Assembly (NCBI RefSeq): GCF_006345805.1
Contig: NC_043009.1
Span: forward strand, 57,660,001-57,724,000
DNA length: 64,000 bases
Origin: Octopus sinensis
Lineage: Eukaryota
Direction: 5' to 3'
Shown here: in pieces, positions 1 through 12,170 of the stretch
Layout: each line of letters starts with the position of its first letter
Numbering within the stretch: the stretch's first letter is position 1
Notes under the pieces: model-generated
Told to the model about the DNA's origin: nothing
What the model saw: only the letters and a program-made list of their open reading frames with translations
Databases searched by the model: none
Made by a program: the position numbers and the translations under genes

Positions 1-350
1 CAGCTTCAACCAACACCTGCACATCTTCTCAAGTCGTTTGCAACCACACTTCTCCAACTACTGCCATCTACTCCACGCACGAAGCTAAAGAACAACGATC
101 ATTTTGCAAACCATTCCTAGAAACACACTAACATTACCCTCACAACCACGCAGTAAACGAAACTATTTTTACTAACTTCAAACGATACAGTAGAACGAGA
201 CCCACCAAGAAAACCAATCATGAATACCGGAATTTAACAACTCGAAGACCAACACAATTAACTCTGAAGTACATGCATCCAACAAAATCATTATAGACGC
301 ATCTAAACTCATATCCTTCAAGACACCATAAAAAATTACAGAAATAGGCA
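1..350 (+). pseudogene. Possible 3' remnant of a Penelope-like GIY-YIG ORF
   Basis: A/C-rich; a frameshifted reading around 85-130 gives ...HFANH-FLETH..., resembling the SxFAxHLLExxH motif of PLE GIY-YIG C-termini. Weak, by eye. Confidence 0.3.
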
Positions 351-419
351 TCTATTTTTAACATGTCATGCGGCCATATTCAAAATCCTTTTTCGGGTCT
401 CGGGCGCTATAGTAGATAT

Positions 420-1093
420 TATGAGGGGAAATCAAAAATTATCAACACTTCCGCAATAACGTATTTTTATTATTGTCACACTGCCTTCTGCGCATGCGTG
501 CTAATAGCTGGTACTATTGTGGTCACGTGATCGAAGTTTGAACCTGGTAGCGCCATATTTCTTTTTGGCTTTACAGTGTAAGTATGGCCGCCCCACTAAG
601 CGATCTGCACCAAAGAAGAACAAAGAGAAGTGACCCGAGAGATTGTAATGGTGAACCGGTTCACCATTACCATATCTCGAGCTTACTGAATCTTCTCGTC
701 TGTGGTGGAGATTGACGGGCGCCCTGCATCCTCTTCGTACGTCACGCTTTTTCCGGCCACTTTTAAACTTCTCGATCCACTCACACGCACTTCTATGCGG
801 TAGTGCACTGTGCCCCTATTGTGCCAAAAGCCTCCGATGAATTTCAGCACCTGACACAATTTCCGACCACAGAAATCGGATCACTGCTCTTTGTTCTTCT
901 TTGGTGAACATTGCTAGTGGAGCGGCCATGCTTACACTGTAAAGCCAGAACGAAAAATGGCGCGATCAGGCTCAAACTTCGATCTCGGGACCACGGTAGT
1001 ACCAACTATAAGTTCGCATGCGCAAAAATCAGTGAGACAATAATAAAGATCTGTTATAGCGAAAGTACGGATAATTTTTGACTTCCTCTCGTA
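420..1093 (-). mobile_element. Mariner-derived non-autonomous foldback element
   Basis: Termini TATGAGGGGAAATCAAAAATTATC (420) and reverse complement TACGAGAGGAAGTCAAAAATTATC (1093) are mariner-type TIRs with TA. Inverted similarity extends about 210 bp (420-633 vs 880-1093). Confidence 0.85.
690..929 (-). pseudogene. Mariner transposase N-terminal HTH fragment
   Basis: Minus strand from ATG at 929: MAAPLAMFTKEEQRAVIRFLWSEIVSGAEIHRRLLAQ*GHSALPHRSACEWIEKFKSG...EEDAGRPSISTTDEKIQ, a typical mariner HTH region with a stop and a frameshift. Confidence 0.85.
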
Positions 1094-1929
1094 TATAGTT
1101 GAGAGAAGGGAAACTAGATAATATTGCTGCCTACATATACTTAGTGTAGGAGCCTCTAATAATTAGATAATTAGTATTATTGGCTATAATAGCAACGATA
1201 ATGACTACTATTGCTGGCTATGATAATTGGTATTCTTGCCTACAGTTAGTCTTTTGACTGAAGCAGTTATCACTGGCGACTATACTACACAGAAGGCTAA
1301 ATTGCTCAATATTAGCACAGATGCTATAAATTTCGGATGAACGGGGGCCGCAACACATAAAGAAATTTCATACACAATTTTATTATTGCAAATATAGTTT
1401 ACATGAAAAGTTATATAAATATTAAAATATATTCGTTTGTAATAATGTTTATTCATGTAGGTATTTTTTTAAAGCTTATAGTTTGTATTAGATTCAGTAA
1501 ACACGAAATATATTTATATACTAAGTGTTTTCAAAATTTTGACTGCTGATTATTTTAACTATTTTGAGCGTGTTTAGTATGGTAATGGACTACAGGAACA
1601 TCTAATATGCGAATTTGCATTTCAGTAACATAAAATTAGCCTACCTAAAATAAAAATAAAAGCGGTGACAAGGAAAGAACATTTTTAAAGATATTTATTT
1701 CTTCGTAAATATCTGGACGAAACATGGCGGAAAATAAGCAAAACAACAAAACAAATACAAATGTAAGGAAACTGAAGGTATTCTAAATACGTACCACCTT
1801 GCAAAATTACAGTCTTATCATAATATTTCTTATGACAACCAGACAGCGATACAATTATCAAGCTAATGCAAATGCTAATTACTCCAAGTAGAATTATGTG
1901 GAAACTTCATTTTGATTTAGAATTGAAGA

Positions 1930-3560
1930 ACTTCCAACCGTTATGTTGTCAACTTTCTGCAAGATTATTGTAGCAGATGTTTATTTGTAAATTTTACACT
2001 TCACTGATTCACAGCAATATATTGCACTAAAAATTGTGACAAGTCATACATTATGTTCTAGAGTTTAGGATATTCTTTTCTCTGGATTTTCTTTTCCAGA
2101 ATTGATTGGCAGACAGGGAATTGTGGTTCGATTTTAAGCCCAGGCTCTCCTGTAAATTCATTTGCTCCATGTCCATAGCAGGTGGTTCTGTAACCAAAGG
2201 TTCATGAACTCGACAACCACGTTTGACTGTATCAATCATGAAAACATTTACAAGAGACTTAAAGTAGACGTATCAGTCTTGCAAATTATTAAATCTGGTT
2301 TGGAAATTTCCAAGTAGTCTTTGTATTTCACCCTTATGTTATTCCAGTTTGTGACCTTTCAATTTCACCATCGGAGAATGCGTATGCTTCTCTCCTGATT
2401 GGGAAAGTGAATGAGGTTTGTTGACAATATGTCTCATTGAAAAATTCCTATTATATTCTGGAAGCTGAAAATTATCTGTGTAAGATCATAAACAATCATA
2501 GACTTCCCTCGAATAATGAAGTTGAGAGTTTGTAGATGATTTATTATATCAGCAAGGAACATCAGTCCATGTATTCATTTAGCATTTTCCAGTTTAAGAT
2601 AGGATCTTTTCTTTCAGAAAAATAATAATGGGCTAATAATATACTCAAAAGAATCCACGAACATACTTAAGGAATTTCTGTTTGACAATCATCTTACATT
2701 GACGTAGAAGGAGATATCACATGGTTTATCTTTAAGCTTCAGTCGTTCAATAACAGCTCATAAATGAGAAGGCGGGCTTTCTCATTTAAGCTTATGAAAT
2801 TGACAAAATCAAGGGAAGATTTCATAATCAACTAATTATACACTAAACAGATTTCATTCTTCAGAGTGTATTGTGCAAAAATATTTAACTTGCATCATAC
2901 AACCGGATAGAGAAGATTTCATAGCAAATTATACTTGAAGTATTTGGCTGTCATTTATTCACGACGCATAATGCAAAGAACTAGGAAAAATTGTGGAAAA
3001 AATGTTCATAAATGCAATTAAACTTGCATTTCCTTCTACCATCGCAGGTTTTGCATTTGTTGCAACAGTAACGAGTTTTATTCAATGGAATATCAGCATT
3101 TGTTAAGGCTCGGTTGAGTGTATTTATAATGCGAACATTACGAGTTGCTTCTTTTAATATCACCAGCTCCAACATCTCTTCTGCTCACAGTTACATCAAA
3201 GGAAACATTACGAACAAAATTTGTCAGTCACGGGTTATCTTGTATGCCTGGAGATTCACCAGGGGCTAAAACCACTACAAAGTATTTCTTTAAAACATTT
3301 TGCCTTCTTGCTTGCAACCAACCTCAGGGAAGAGATACGCTTCTTTATAGTGTGACGTGAAACTGCTGTTTGTGTTATTAGTCGCCGAAGTTTTGTGCTT
3401 TTTAGATATAATATTGTAACAACTTCAGCCATATTCTTCTTATCAAACTCGTTTTTAGAATAAATGCGTTTAGCAAGAGTGATATTTCATGACATAAAAC
3501 TTACTCCATTCATTATGTCAGTTTCTTTTGCGGAACGTTGTCAACGGTATCTAATGGCGA
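1930..3560 (-). pseudogene. hAT transposase remnant, GTF2IRD2/SPIN/Charlie-like
   Basis: Ordered minus-strand motifs: AVSRHTIKKRI; GESPGIQDNP*LTNFVR (DESTD region); LELVILKEATR..LNRALTNADIPLNK; DISFYVNVR*LS (equals YHTEVRWLS); LGNFQTRF; LQESLGLKS..NQFWK..YPKL..TIFSAIYCCES (dimerisation domain). Many stops and frameshifts; TIRs not identified. Confidence 0.85.
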
Positions 3561-4339
3561 TTTAATGATGATTTGAGCAAAGACAACTTGTGTACCCTGA
3601 GGTTTGATTTAGGTAGAAAATCATACGATAAGTTTTGGTAATTTACTTCACAGTGACCTTTCAAGTTACAGGTTTTAGTAGGTGGCTCATGGCCAATGAC
3701 TCACAGGGGTTTACCTTCATTAACGGTGAATGTAGGAAGAAATTTTTTCTTCCTACTATTGAGGCATAAAATTTCTGTTTTCGCCTTCATATTTTAGTAT
3801 CTTACAGTTTTTTTTTCTTTCAGACAATACTTGAATTTCAAATGAACCATCTGGGCAGACAACATCCACCACCACCACCACCACCACCACCACCACTGAC
3901 GACGATGACGATAATCTTTTACATAAATATTTTAATGTTATTTCAATTTATTTCGGTCTAATAAATATTTAAGAAAGAAATGGCGGTTGACTTGGTCTTA
4001 AACATTTTGCAATTTATTTCAATCTTTTCCATAAATATTTAAACATTTTTTCAACACGCTTTTACGATTCCTTCTCTTTGAATGAAGAGACTTATGATCA
4101 AAAGTATACCAGAAATGACCACCACGTCTTTTTCGTTAGTAGAAGGAATCCAAAACCATATTTATTCAATGTGATCTCTTTAAGAAGTGAGTTTGTGATT
4201 TCAGGGAGGTTTGATTGCGATTTTTACACGTTTGAGTTCCGACACAAAAAAGGGCTCGTACAGGTTCTGTTGTGTTGTATGTGTGTGAAAAGCTGAAAGG
4301 AAGAGTTTCGCTTTCGGGGTGGGGCGGTTACATGTGTTA

Positions 4340-4515
4340 ATAATTAGTGCAACATAAAGGAGGCGAGCTGTCAGGATCGGTAGCATACCGAGGTATATGC
4401 TTAACGGCATTTCGTCCGTCTTTGCCTTCTAAGTTCAAGTGTCGCTAAGGTCGACTTTGTCTTTCATCCTTTTCAAGGTCGATAAAATAAGTACCTGTTG
4501 AATACTGGGGTTAAT
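4340..4515 (+). mobile_element. tRNA-derived SINE family A, diverged monomer
   Basis: GGCGAGCTG head plus GGTCGACTTTG-CTTTCATCCTTTC-GGTCGATAAA-AAGTACC body shared with many copies in the window. Confidence 0.8.
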
Positions 4516-4624
4516 GTAAGTATTCATAGTATTGCTCGCTACAGTAGCTATTGAACATTAGAGTAAATTTATATTGTACATTATTTACATTCGACGGATA
4601 TTTGTCCTCATCTTGTTTGTTGTT

Positions 4625-4670
4625 AACACAACGTTTCGGCTGATATACCCTCCAGCTTTCTTCAGGTGTC
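4625..4670 (-). ncRNA. Minimal type I hammerhead ribozyme (Penelope-type)
   Basis: GACAC-CUGAAGA-A-AGCUG(gagggtatat)CAGCC-GAAA-CGUU-GUGUU. Stem I GACAC/GUGUU, palindromic ACGU stem III, predicted cut between 4630 and 4629. The stem II closing pair is A.C in this copy. Confidence 0.75.
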
Positions 4671-4717
4671 TTGGGGGAAATTTCGAACCTGGGTTCATTC
4701 CTAAAGGTATTCTTCGA

Positions 4718-4769
<52 letters not shown>

Positions 4770-4778
4770 GTTTTTGTT

Positions 4779-4853
4779 CAGGTCACTGTTTGGAATCGAA
4801 CTCGGAATCTTGGGGTTAGTAGCCCGCGCTCTTAACCACTACGCCATATGCCC
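4779..4853 (-). other. tRNA-derived Pol III head (not a functional tRNA)
   Basis: GGGCATATGGCGTAGTGGTTAAGAGCGCGGGCTACTAACCCCAAGATTCCGAGTTCGATTCC: A box TGGCGTAGTGG, B box GAGTTCGATTCC, anticodon-loop-like CTACTAA; acceptor stem not intact. Confidence 0.75.
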
Positions 4854-5492
4854 AAAACACCCGAAGAAGGCTGGAGGGTATATCAGCCGAAACGTTGTGT
4901 TAACAGCAAACAAGATGAGGACAAATATCCGTCGAATGTAAATAATGTAAATAATGTACGTAATCCCTCATCTCTTAAATATAGAACTAAATTTATATTG
5001 GTTTCAAATTTTGGTACAAGACTAGCAATTTCGAGTGAGGGATTAAATAGATTACATCGACTCCCCACCCTCTGCTCAAATGGTACTTAGTTTATCGACC
5101 CCGGTGCTTAACTGGTACTTACTTTATCGACCCCGAAAGGATGAAAGGCAAAGTCAACCTCATGTTGCATTTGAACTCAGATGACAATAGTAATTAATAT
5201 GAATATGAGACAAGGCGGCGAGATGGCAGAATCGTTTGAAGCCAATATTATGACTGATGGTGATAGAAGATAGAATTGTTAGCTAGTTAGTATTGATGGT
5301 TTTATTGGTTAGTATTGGCGGCTAAAATTCGAATTTATGGCTTTAGTTCTTTAGTTTTAATGGTGGCTATACTAATGATTATTGTAATTGATATTGATGG
5401 TTTATAGTGTTAGCTATTAGTAGCTTTAGTAGTTAGTATTGATGACTATCGTAGATTCTGATACCTATTGCAGTTAATATTATCAACAATAG

Positions 5493-5880
5493 TAAGGCGC
5501 TGAGCTGGTAAAAACGTTAGCACGCCGGGCGAAATGCTTTGCGGTATTTCGTTCTGAGTTCAAATTCCGCCGAGGTCGACTTTGCCTCTCATCCTTTCGG
5601 GGTCGATAAATTAAGTACCAGTTACGCACTGGGGTTGATGTAATCGACTTAATCCGTATGTCTGTCCTTGTTTGTCCCCTCTATGTTTAGCCCCTTGTGA
5701 GTAGTAAAGAAATAGGTATTTCGTCTGTCTTTATGTTCTGAGTTCAAATTCCGCCGTGGTCAACATTGCTTTTCATCCTTTCGGAGTCGATAAATTAAGT
5801 ACTAGTTTCGTATTGGGATCGATCTAATCGACTGGCTCCCTCCCCCAAAATTTCGGGCCTTGTGCCTAGAGTAGAAAATA
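5493..5880 (+). mobile_element. SINE family A, head plus two body units
   Basis: GGCGCTGAGCTGG head; body repeated from GGTATTTCGTC at about 5716. Confidence 0.85.
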
Positions 5881-6259
5881 TAGGAGCCCACTATAAATAT
5901 TCAAGTACTGGCAACATGTCACGCCCCAGTGGCTCTCGTTCTGGAAATATTTGATGAAAAACTTTCGACCATCCGTAGCATGTAAATCTCCCATTAACAC
6001 CACCTGTAAATGGGCTCCACCTGTTTCTCAAATCTAGGATTGGTAGATTCTTACCTGACTGCAACATCTCCTCGTGTGCTGAAGGAACACTTTCTGTCTC
6101 TTATTCTTTTTACTTGGGAGTGCTTCAGGGTTCGTTTTTGTTCCTTCTTTTCCTTAAACATTAATGATTTCCCGTCATGTCCAACAACTGTGAATATTAT
6201 GCAGCTGGCACTACCCTTCACAGTTCGCCAAACCCTTCAACCATCATCATTGTCTTGCA

Positions 6260-6690
6260 ACCAAGACGATATTTGTCAAACAGATAGCCCTCTCGTCTCT
6301 CGAGGATCATGCTTTACGTAGAACTTGCAATCGGAACAAGAGCCAGCGGAGTCTCGAATTTCCGTTTTAAAGATCAGCTCAAAAGGATCGTGGCTCAAAC
6401 TAACATCCAACCATCCTCATGGGAATAGATTGCCATGGATAGGATGGCCTGGAGGACTACTATCCGCAATCAAGCCAGCTCCTTCGAGTAGAACAGACAA
6501 CAGAGTGAAGAAGTAAAACGCAGAAGAAAGGAGCGTCTTCAACATTCTCGACCCGCACCGACTATCCCGTGCGAATTCTGCCCACCACTCTTTCACCACA
6601 TTCAGCACAAACAACTGCCGAGGAGACTGGATGAAGACTGACGAACCCAATTCTCGGATACGAGCTTGAACCGACGACTGATTCCATGCA
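6260..6690 (+). pseudogene. RTE-clade LINE 3' fragment
   Basis: RLSRIMLYVELAIGTRASG..FRFKDQLKRIVAQTNIQPSSWE*IAMDRMAWRTTIRNQASSFE..KRRRKER..IPCEFC, a typical RTE/BovB C-terminus. Confidence 0.8.
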
Positions 6691-6791
6691 CAGGGACCGC
6701 GAAAGCATCACCTGATGGAATATGATAAACTCGTCTCTTTCAAAACGCAGAAGAAAGGAGCGTCTTCAATACCCTCGACCCACACCGAGCA

Positions 6792-7230
6792 AAATGATTT
6801 GCAGTATTCGTTTCAGCAGCTTTACATTCTGAGTTCAAATCCAGCTAGGGTCAGCTTTGATTTTCACCCTCTCAAGGTCAATAAATTACCGTACCAATCC
6901 AATACAGAGGCCGATGGCATCATCTTATCACATCCCTTAAATGATTTGCAGTATTCGTTTCAGCTCTTTATATTCTGAGTTCAAATCCAGCTAGGGTCAG
7001 CTTTGATTTTCACCCTCTCAAGGTCAATAAATTACCGTACCAATCCAATACAGAGGCCGATGGCATCATCTTACCACATCCCTTAAATGATTTGCAGTAT
7101 TCGTTTCAGCTCTTTACATTCTGAGTTCAAATCCAGCTAGGGTCAGCTTTGATTTTCACCCTCTCAAGGTCAATAAATTACCGTACCAATCCAATACAGG
7201 GGCCAATGTCATCATCTTACCACATCCCTT
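6792..7230 (+). repeat. Three tandem copies of a 146-147 bp SINE-related unit
   Basis: ATGATTTGCAGTATTCGTTTCAGC starts at 6794, 6941 and 7087; contains TTCTGAGTTCAAAT and AAGGTCAATAAA like SINE A. Confidence 0.9.
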
Positions 7231-7599
7231 AAATTTTCTGGACTCGAACCAATATCAGAAACCATTACATCAGTTCTCCTTTCTATGTTCTGCGTTGAAG
7301 CAACGCAACTGTAATTTACTTTACATAATATCATAATTCGAGCATCCACTCGTAATAAACTACCAGTAATACAATGGACAATTAATTTAATAACACAGAC
7401 AGTAAAAAAAATCGACATTTTGGCATCATAAAAAGGAAATCAAAGGTTGTCCTTTTGAGTTTTAATTAGTGTACTTTAATTGACAATTTTATTATAGTGC
7501 AATCAATATTATTATTTTGTCGATAATATTTACGGCCCAAAAACTTATATTTACCATCGTCTCCACTAATAGATTCCAAGCATACAAATATACGTATAT

Positions 7600-7614
7600 A
7601 CGTATATATGTAGT

Positions 7615-7678
<64 letters not shown>

Positions 7679-8170
7679 CGTGCATATGTGTGTGTATTTG
7701 TGTATGTGTGTGTATGTATGTATCTGTGTGTGTATGTGTGTGTATGCGTGCGTATATGTGTGTGTGTTGTATATATATATATATATATATACACACACAG
7801 AGATACAGATAGCTTCATACAGACATACATATGCTCGAACGCACGCTCACGAGAGAAAGAGAGAGAAAGAGAGTCAAAGAGAGAGAAAAAGAGAGAGAAA
7901 AAGAGAGAGAAATGGAGTGAGACAGAGAAAGAGAGAGAGAGAGAGACGGAGAGAATGTGAGAGAAGTATACAGAAAAACAGAGAGGAGGTGGGGCATTGT
8001 GGTTTTCGTTTCCCGAGGACAAAAATTCATGAAGGTGGCTAAGAAAAAAGAAGTAAATCACATACATATACACACATATATACTTACACACACATTCGCT
8101 CACACACACACACATGTTATGTATTCACGTATATGCATGTACGTCTAGTGTGAGCAAGCATGCATGTGTA
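7600..8170. repeat. Compound (TA)n/(TG)n/(GA)n/(CA)n microsatellite; similar tracts at 11590-12420, 19900-21520, 22890-22990, 37000-38000 and 45900-51630
   Basis: Direct inspection. Confidence 0.95.
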
Positions 8171-8210
8171 TAATGTGTGCGTTTGTATTTATACAAAAAC
8201 TACATACATA

Positions 8211-8634
8211 GGCGCAGTAGTGGCTGTGTGGTAAGTAGCTTGTTTACCAACCACATGGTTCCGGGTTCAGTCCCACTGTGTGGCACCTTGGGCAAGTGTC
8301 TTCTACTATAGCCTCGGGCCGACCAAAGCCTTGTGAGTGGATTTGATAGACGGAAACTGAAAGAAGCCTGTCGTATATATGTATGTATATATATGTATAT
8401 ATGTAGGTGTGTGTGTATATGTTTGTGTGTCTGTGTTTATCCCCTTAGCATTGCTTGACAACCGATGCTGGTGTGTTTACGTCCCCGTCACCTAGCGGTT
8501 CGGCAAAAGAGACCGATAGAATAAGTACTGGGCTTACAAAAGAATAAGTCCCGGGGTCGATTTGCTCGACTAAAGGCGGTGCTCCAGCATGGCCGCAGTC
8601 AAATGACTGAAACAAGTAAAAGAGAGTAAAGAGT
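8211..8634 (+). mobile_element. CORE-type tRNA-derived SINE (family B), full length
   Basis: tRNA head GTGGCTGTGTGGTAAG..GGTTCAGTCCCA, CORE-like GGCACCTTGGGCAAGTGTCTT, internal TA/TG microsatellite, GAGTAAAA-type tail. Confidence 0.85.
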
Positions 8635-8764
8635 ATATGTTGTGACGGTAGCTGGAGGCTGACATTACGATAATATTAATGGTGCTGATGGTGTTGATGT
8701 TGATGGTGTTCGTAGTGGTGGTGGCGTTGGTATGGTTGGTGCCTGCATTGCGGCATTGTTGCTT

Positions 8765-9775
8765 AACCCTAGCTAAATTCTTTCCTGCTCTAGGCACAAG
8801 GTCCGTAATTTTGGAGAGGAGGGCGGGTAGTCTATTAGATCGACTCCAGTACGCAACTGGTACTTAATATATCGACCCCCAAAAGGATGAAATGCAAAGT
8901 CGACCTCAACGGAATTTGAACTCAGAACATGAAGTCAGACGAAACATCGCTAAGCATTTCGCCCGACGTGCTAACGTTTCTTATCTCTTTACTGCCCACA
9001 AGGGGCTAAACATACAGGGGACAAACAAGGACAGACAAACGGATTAAGTCGATTATATTGACCCCAGTGCGTAACTGGTACTTAATTTATCGATCCCGAA
9101 AGGATGAAAAGCAAATGTGACCTCGGTATAATTTGAACTCAGAACGTAAAGACATACGAAATACCCATTTCTTTACTACCCACAAGGGGCTAAACACAGA
9201 AGGGACAAACAAGGTCAGACAAACGGATTAAGCCGATTATATCGACCTCAGTGCGTAACTGGTACTTATTTAATCGACACCGAAAGGATGAAAGGCAAAG
9301 TGGACCTCGGTGGAATTTGAACTCAGAACGTAACGGCAGGCCAAATAAGGCTACGCATTTCGCCCGGCGTGTTAGCGATTTTGCCAGCTCGACGCCTTTG
9401 TTAACTGTCACATAATCTTTTCTACTCTAGGGAGAAGACCCGAAATATTTTGGGAGGGGGCCAGTCGATTAGGCCGATCCCAGTACGCCCCTAGTATTTA
9501 TTTTATCGACCTGAAAGGATGAAAGGCAAAGTCGACCTTGGCGGAATATGAACCCAGAACACAAAGTCAGACAAAATATCGCTAAGTATTTCGTCCAGCG
9601 TGCTAACGTTTCTTATTTCTTTATTGCCCACACGGGGCTAAATATAGAGGGGACAAACAAGGATAAACAAAAGGATTAAGTCGATTGCATCGACCCCAGT
9701 GCGTAACTGGTACTTAATTTATCGACCCCGAAACGATGAAAGGCAAAGTCAACCTCGGTGGAATTGGAACTCAGA
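8765..9775 (-). mobile_element. Stacked SINE family A multimers
   Basis: Repeated GAAAGGATGAAAGGCAAAGTCGACCTCGGCGGAATTTGAACTCAGAAC at about 8880, 9100, 9285, 9515 and 9730. Confidence 0.9.
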
Positions 9776-10216
9776 AGCCACAACTTCCTCCCTCAGTCGC
9801 ACAATTTCCACTGACGGGGCTTCGGAAAATGCTGGCAGTGTATTAACCCCCAGCACTGTCCCCTTTTTCTTCTTTTTTCTCCCCTTTGCTACGGGAGGGT
9901 GTAGTTTCTCTGCTTTAACCGAAGGATCTTCTCTACCTCCCGCAGCTGCGGGGTCCTTCGGTGGGCAACCATTGTTGTCCACCTTCTTATCAAACTTCTC
10001 ATCACACAGCCACGCCTGTACCTCTGCTTATTTAGTTTTTTACTTTTAATTTTTTTAAAGCCTGACACTTATTCTATCCGTTCCTTTTACCGAATTTTAT
10101 GGGGACGTAACCAAACCAACATCGGTTTAAAAAGCGGTGGTGATGGACAAACACACACGCAAAGACACACACAAGTGTGTATATATATATATATAATGCA
10201 CTGTGTCTATTAAATA

Positions 10217-10262
<46 letters not shown>

Positions 10263-10645
10263 CAAATGAATAATGACAGACGATGGATAATTGTCAACTG
10301 ACATACAACTAACGTCAGTCATTATTCATTTGATTATAATACTCTAAAAGGATTTATGACTTGTCGGACACCCTAGAGTATACCAACAAGTATAAGACAA
10401 CGTAACGTATGCTTTGGACCAGCCCCTTGGGGCTAAACACTCATAGGGTTGTTTTTCTCTGTGCACACAACCGGAATATCTTATTTGGTAATTACCAAAC
10501 ATTGGCCGGAGGCACAGATTTATCCAACCCTATCTGGAGCATTACCCGATTCTATCTGAACCCTTATTTTACTGTATGTATGTATGTATGTATGTATGTA
10601 TGTATGTATGTATGTATGTATGTATGTATGTATCTATCTATATTT

Positions 10646-10679
<34 letters not shown>

Positions 10680-10895
10680 TGTATGTATGTATGTATGTAT
10701 GTATGTATGTATACAGATATACGATGAGCTTCCGTCTAGCAAATCCACTCACAAAGATTTAATCAGCTCCAGGTTGGAATAGAAGACTCCTACTCAAGGT
10801 GCCATGAGATGGGATTGAACCCGGAACCATGTATTTGGGAGGTAAACTTCTTACCACGCACCCATGCCTGCGCCTATGACATAAATATTACTTGG

Positions 10896-11210
10896 GTGCC
10901 ATTTGACACCTATTTTTAGCAAATCGAAAGACCACATAAAATACCCTCAATGCCTCGTGTTTTAATGTGGTCGTACAGATGGCGTTAGTAGTCTCGTGTC
11001 TTGGTCGTATTTTTGCTTTGTCATATCGTAATTCAGGTAATGCTGGCGGTGTGATTATTTGAGTGACATTTGACTGCTATTGTTAGCAAATCGAATGACC
11101 ACATAAGGCGCCCTTCAAGTGACCAAGTTTTAATATGGTTGTACAGGTGGCGTTAGTCGGCCTGTTAGTGTTTTTAATTTATCATATCGTATTTCTGGTG
11201 GTGGAAATAA
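10896..11210. repeat. Old tandem duplication, about 170-180 bp period, two diverged copies
   Basis: TTAGCAAATCGAA(A/T)GACCACATAA ... TTTTAAT(G/A)TGGT(C/T)GTACAG(A/G)TGGCGTTAGT ... TCATATCGTA occurs twice. Confidence 0.75.
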
Positions 11211-11595
11211 TGCCGCTCAGTGATGGCGGCGGTGTAGTAAGTCTTCAAAGTCTTAATGTCGTCGGCATCAATGGTAACGTTGGTCGAAATGTTTGCGGTG
11301 GCGAGAATGTTTATTGGCGGTTGACTTAATGTCTGTAACTGTTGATGATGATGACGATGACTATGATGATTACGATGATGATGATGATGATGATGATGAC
11401 GACGATGATGATTATTAGGTCTGAATTAGCAATGCAATTAGTGAAGCCACCCGTATGGAATCAGTATTAGCCAATAATTAGAGATAAATTCCTCTTCTAA
11501 GAATAAGGATAATAATCATTACGGATCTGAAAGTTTAGTAGCGGCAGACAAAATGTATTAGTATATGATTCAAATATGAGGATAGTGGTGTATGC

Positions 11596-11711
<116 letters not shown>

Positions 11712-11713
11712 TG

Positions 11714-11748
<35 letters not shown>

Positions 11749-11765
11749 CCGTGTGTGTGTGTATT

Positions 11766-11801
<36 letters not shown>

Positions 11802-11839
11802 TACATATATATAATATATAGATAATATATATATAGATA

Positions 11840-11871
<32 letters not shown>

Positions 11872-11969
11872 TATATATATTATATATATATATTATATAT
11901 ATATAATATATATATATATATGTGTGTGAGCGTAGTCATACACTTGCGAAAACATCAATATATGTTGTG

Positions 11970-12022
<53 letters not shown>

Positions 12023-12098
12023 GTATGTATGTATATATATATAATGTATATATATATATATATATACGTATATATATATGTAAACATATTTATATGTA

Positions 12099-12170
<72 letters not shown>

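Larger units (their letters stand above)
4571..4958 (-). mobile_element. Composite element: tRNA-like head, (AAT)n, hammerhead tail, with an inverted tail copy at its 5' end
   Basis: Arms about 4577-4670 and 4856-4958 are inverted copies of about 95 bp. tRNA-like head 4853-4779, (AAT)n 4720-4769. The same body recurs at 39958-40182. Confidence 0.8.

Noticed and set aside
2981-3175. Cys-rich ORF end CCNKCKTCDGRRKCKFNC suggesting a zinc finger
   Set aside because: Out-of-frame continuation of the frameshifted hAT transposase.
4779-4853. Functional tRNA gene (also 24201 and 43645)
   Set aside because: Acceptor and anticodon stems are broken and the sequence continues into repeat bodies; these are SINE heads.
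5890-6250. Minus-strand VVLMGDLHA resembling an AP-endonuclease GDFN motif
   Set aside because: Single short motif with no supporting neighbouring motifs.
7466-8148. Long ORFs of C/V/Y/I/H/T repeats here and at 11576-12540, 23236-23754, 37422-38018 and 47036-50521
   Set aside because: Translations of di- and tetranucleotide microsatellites that lack stops; no coding signal.
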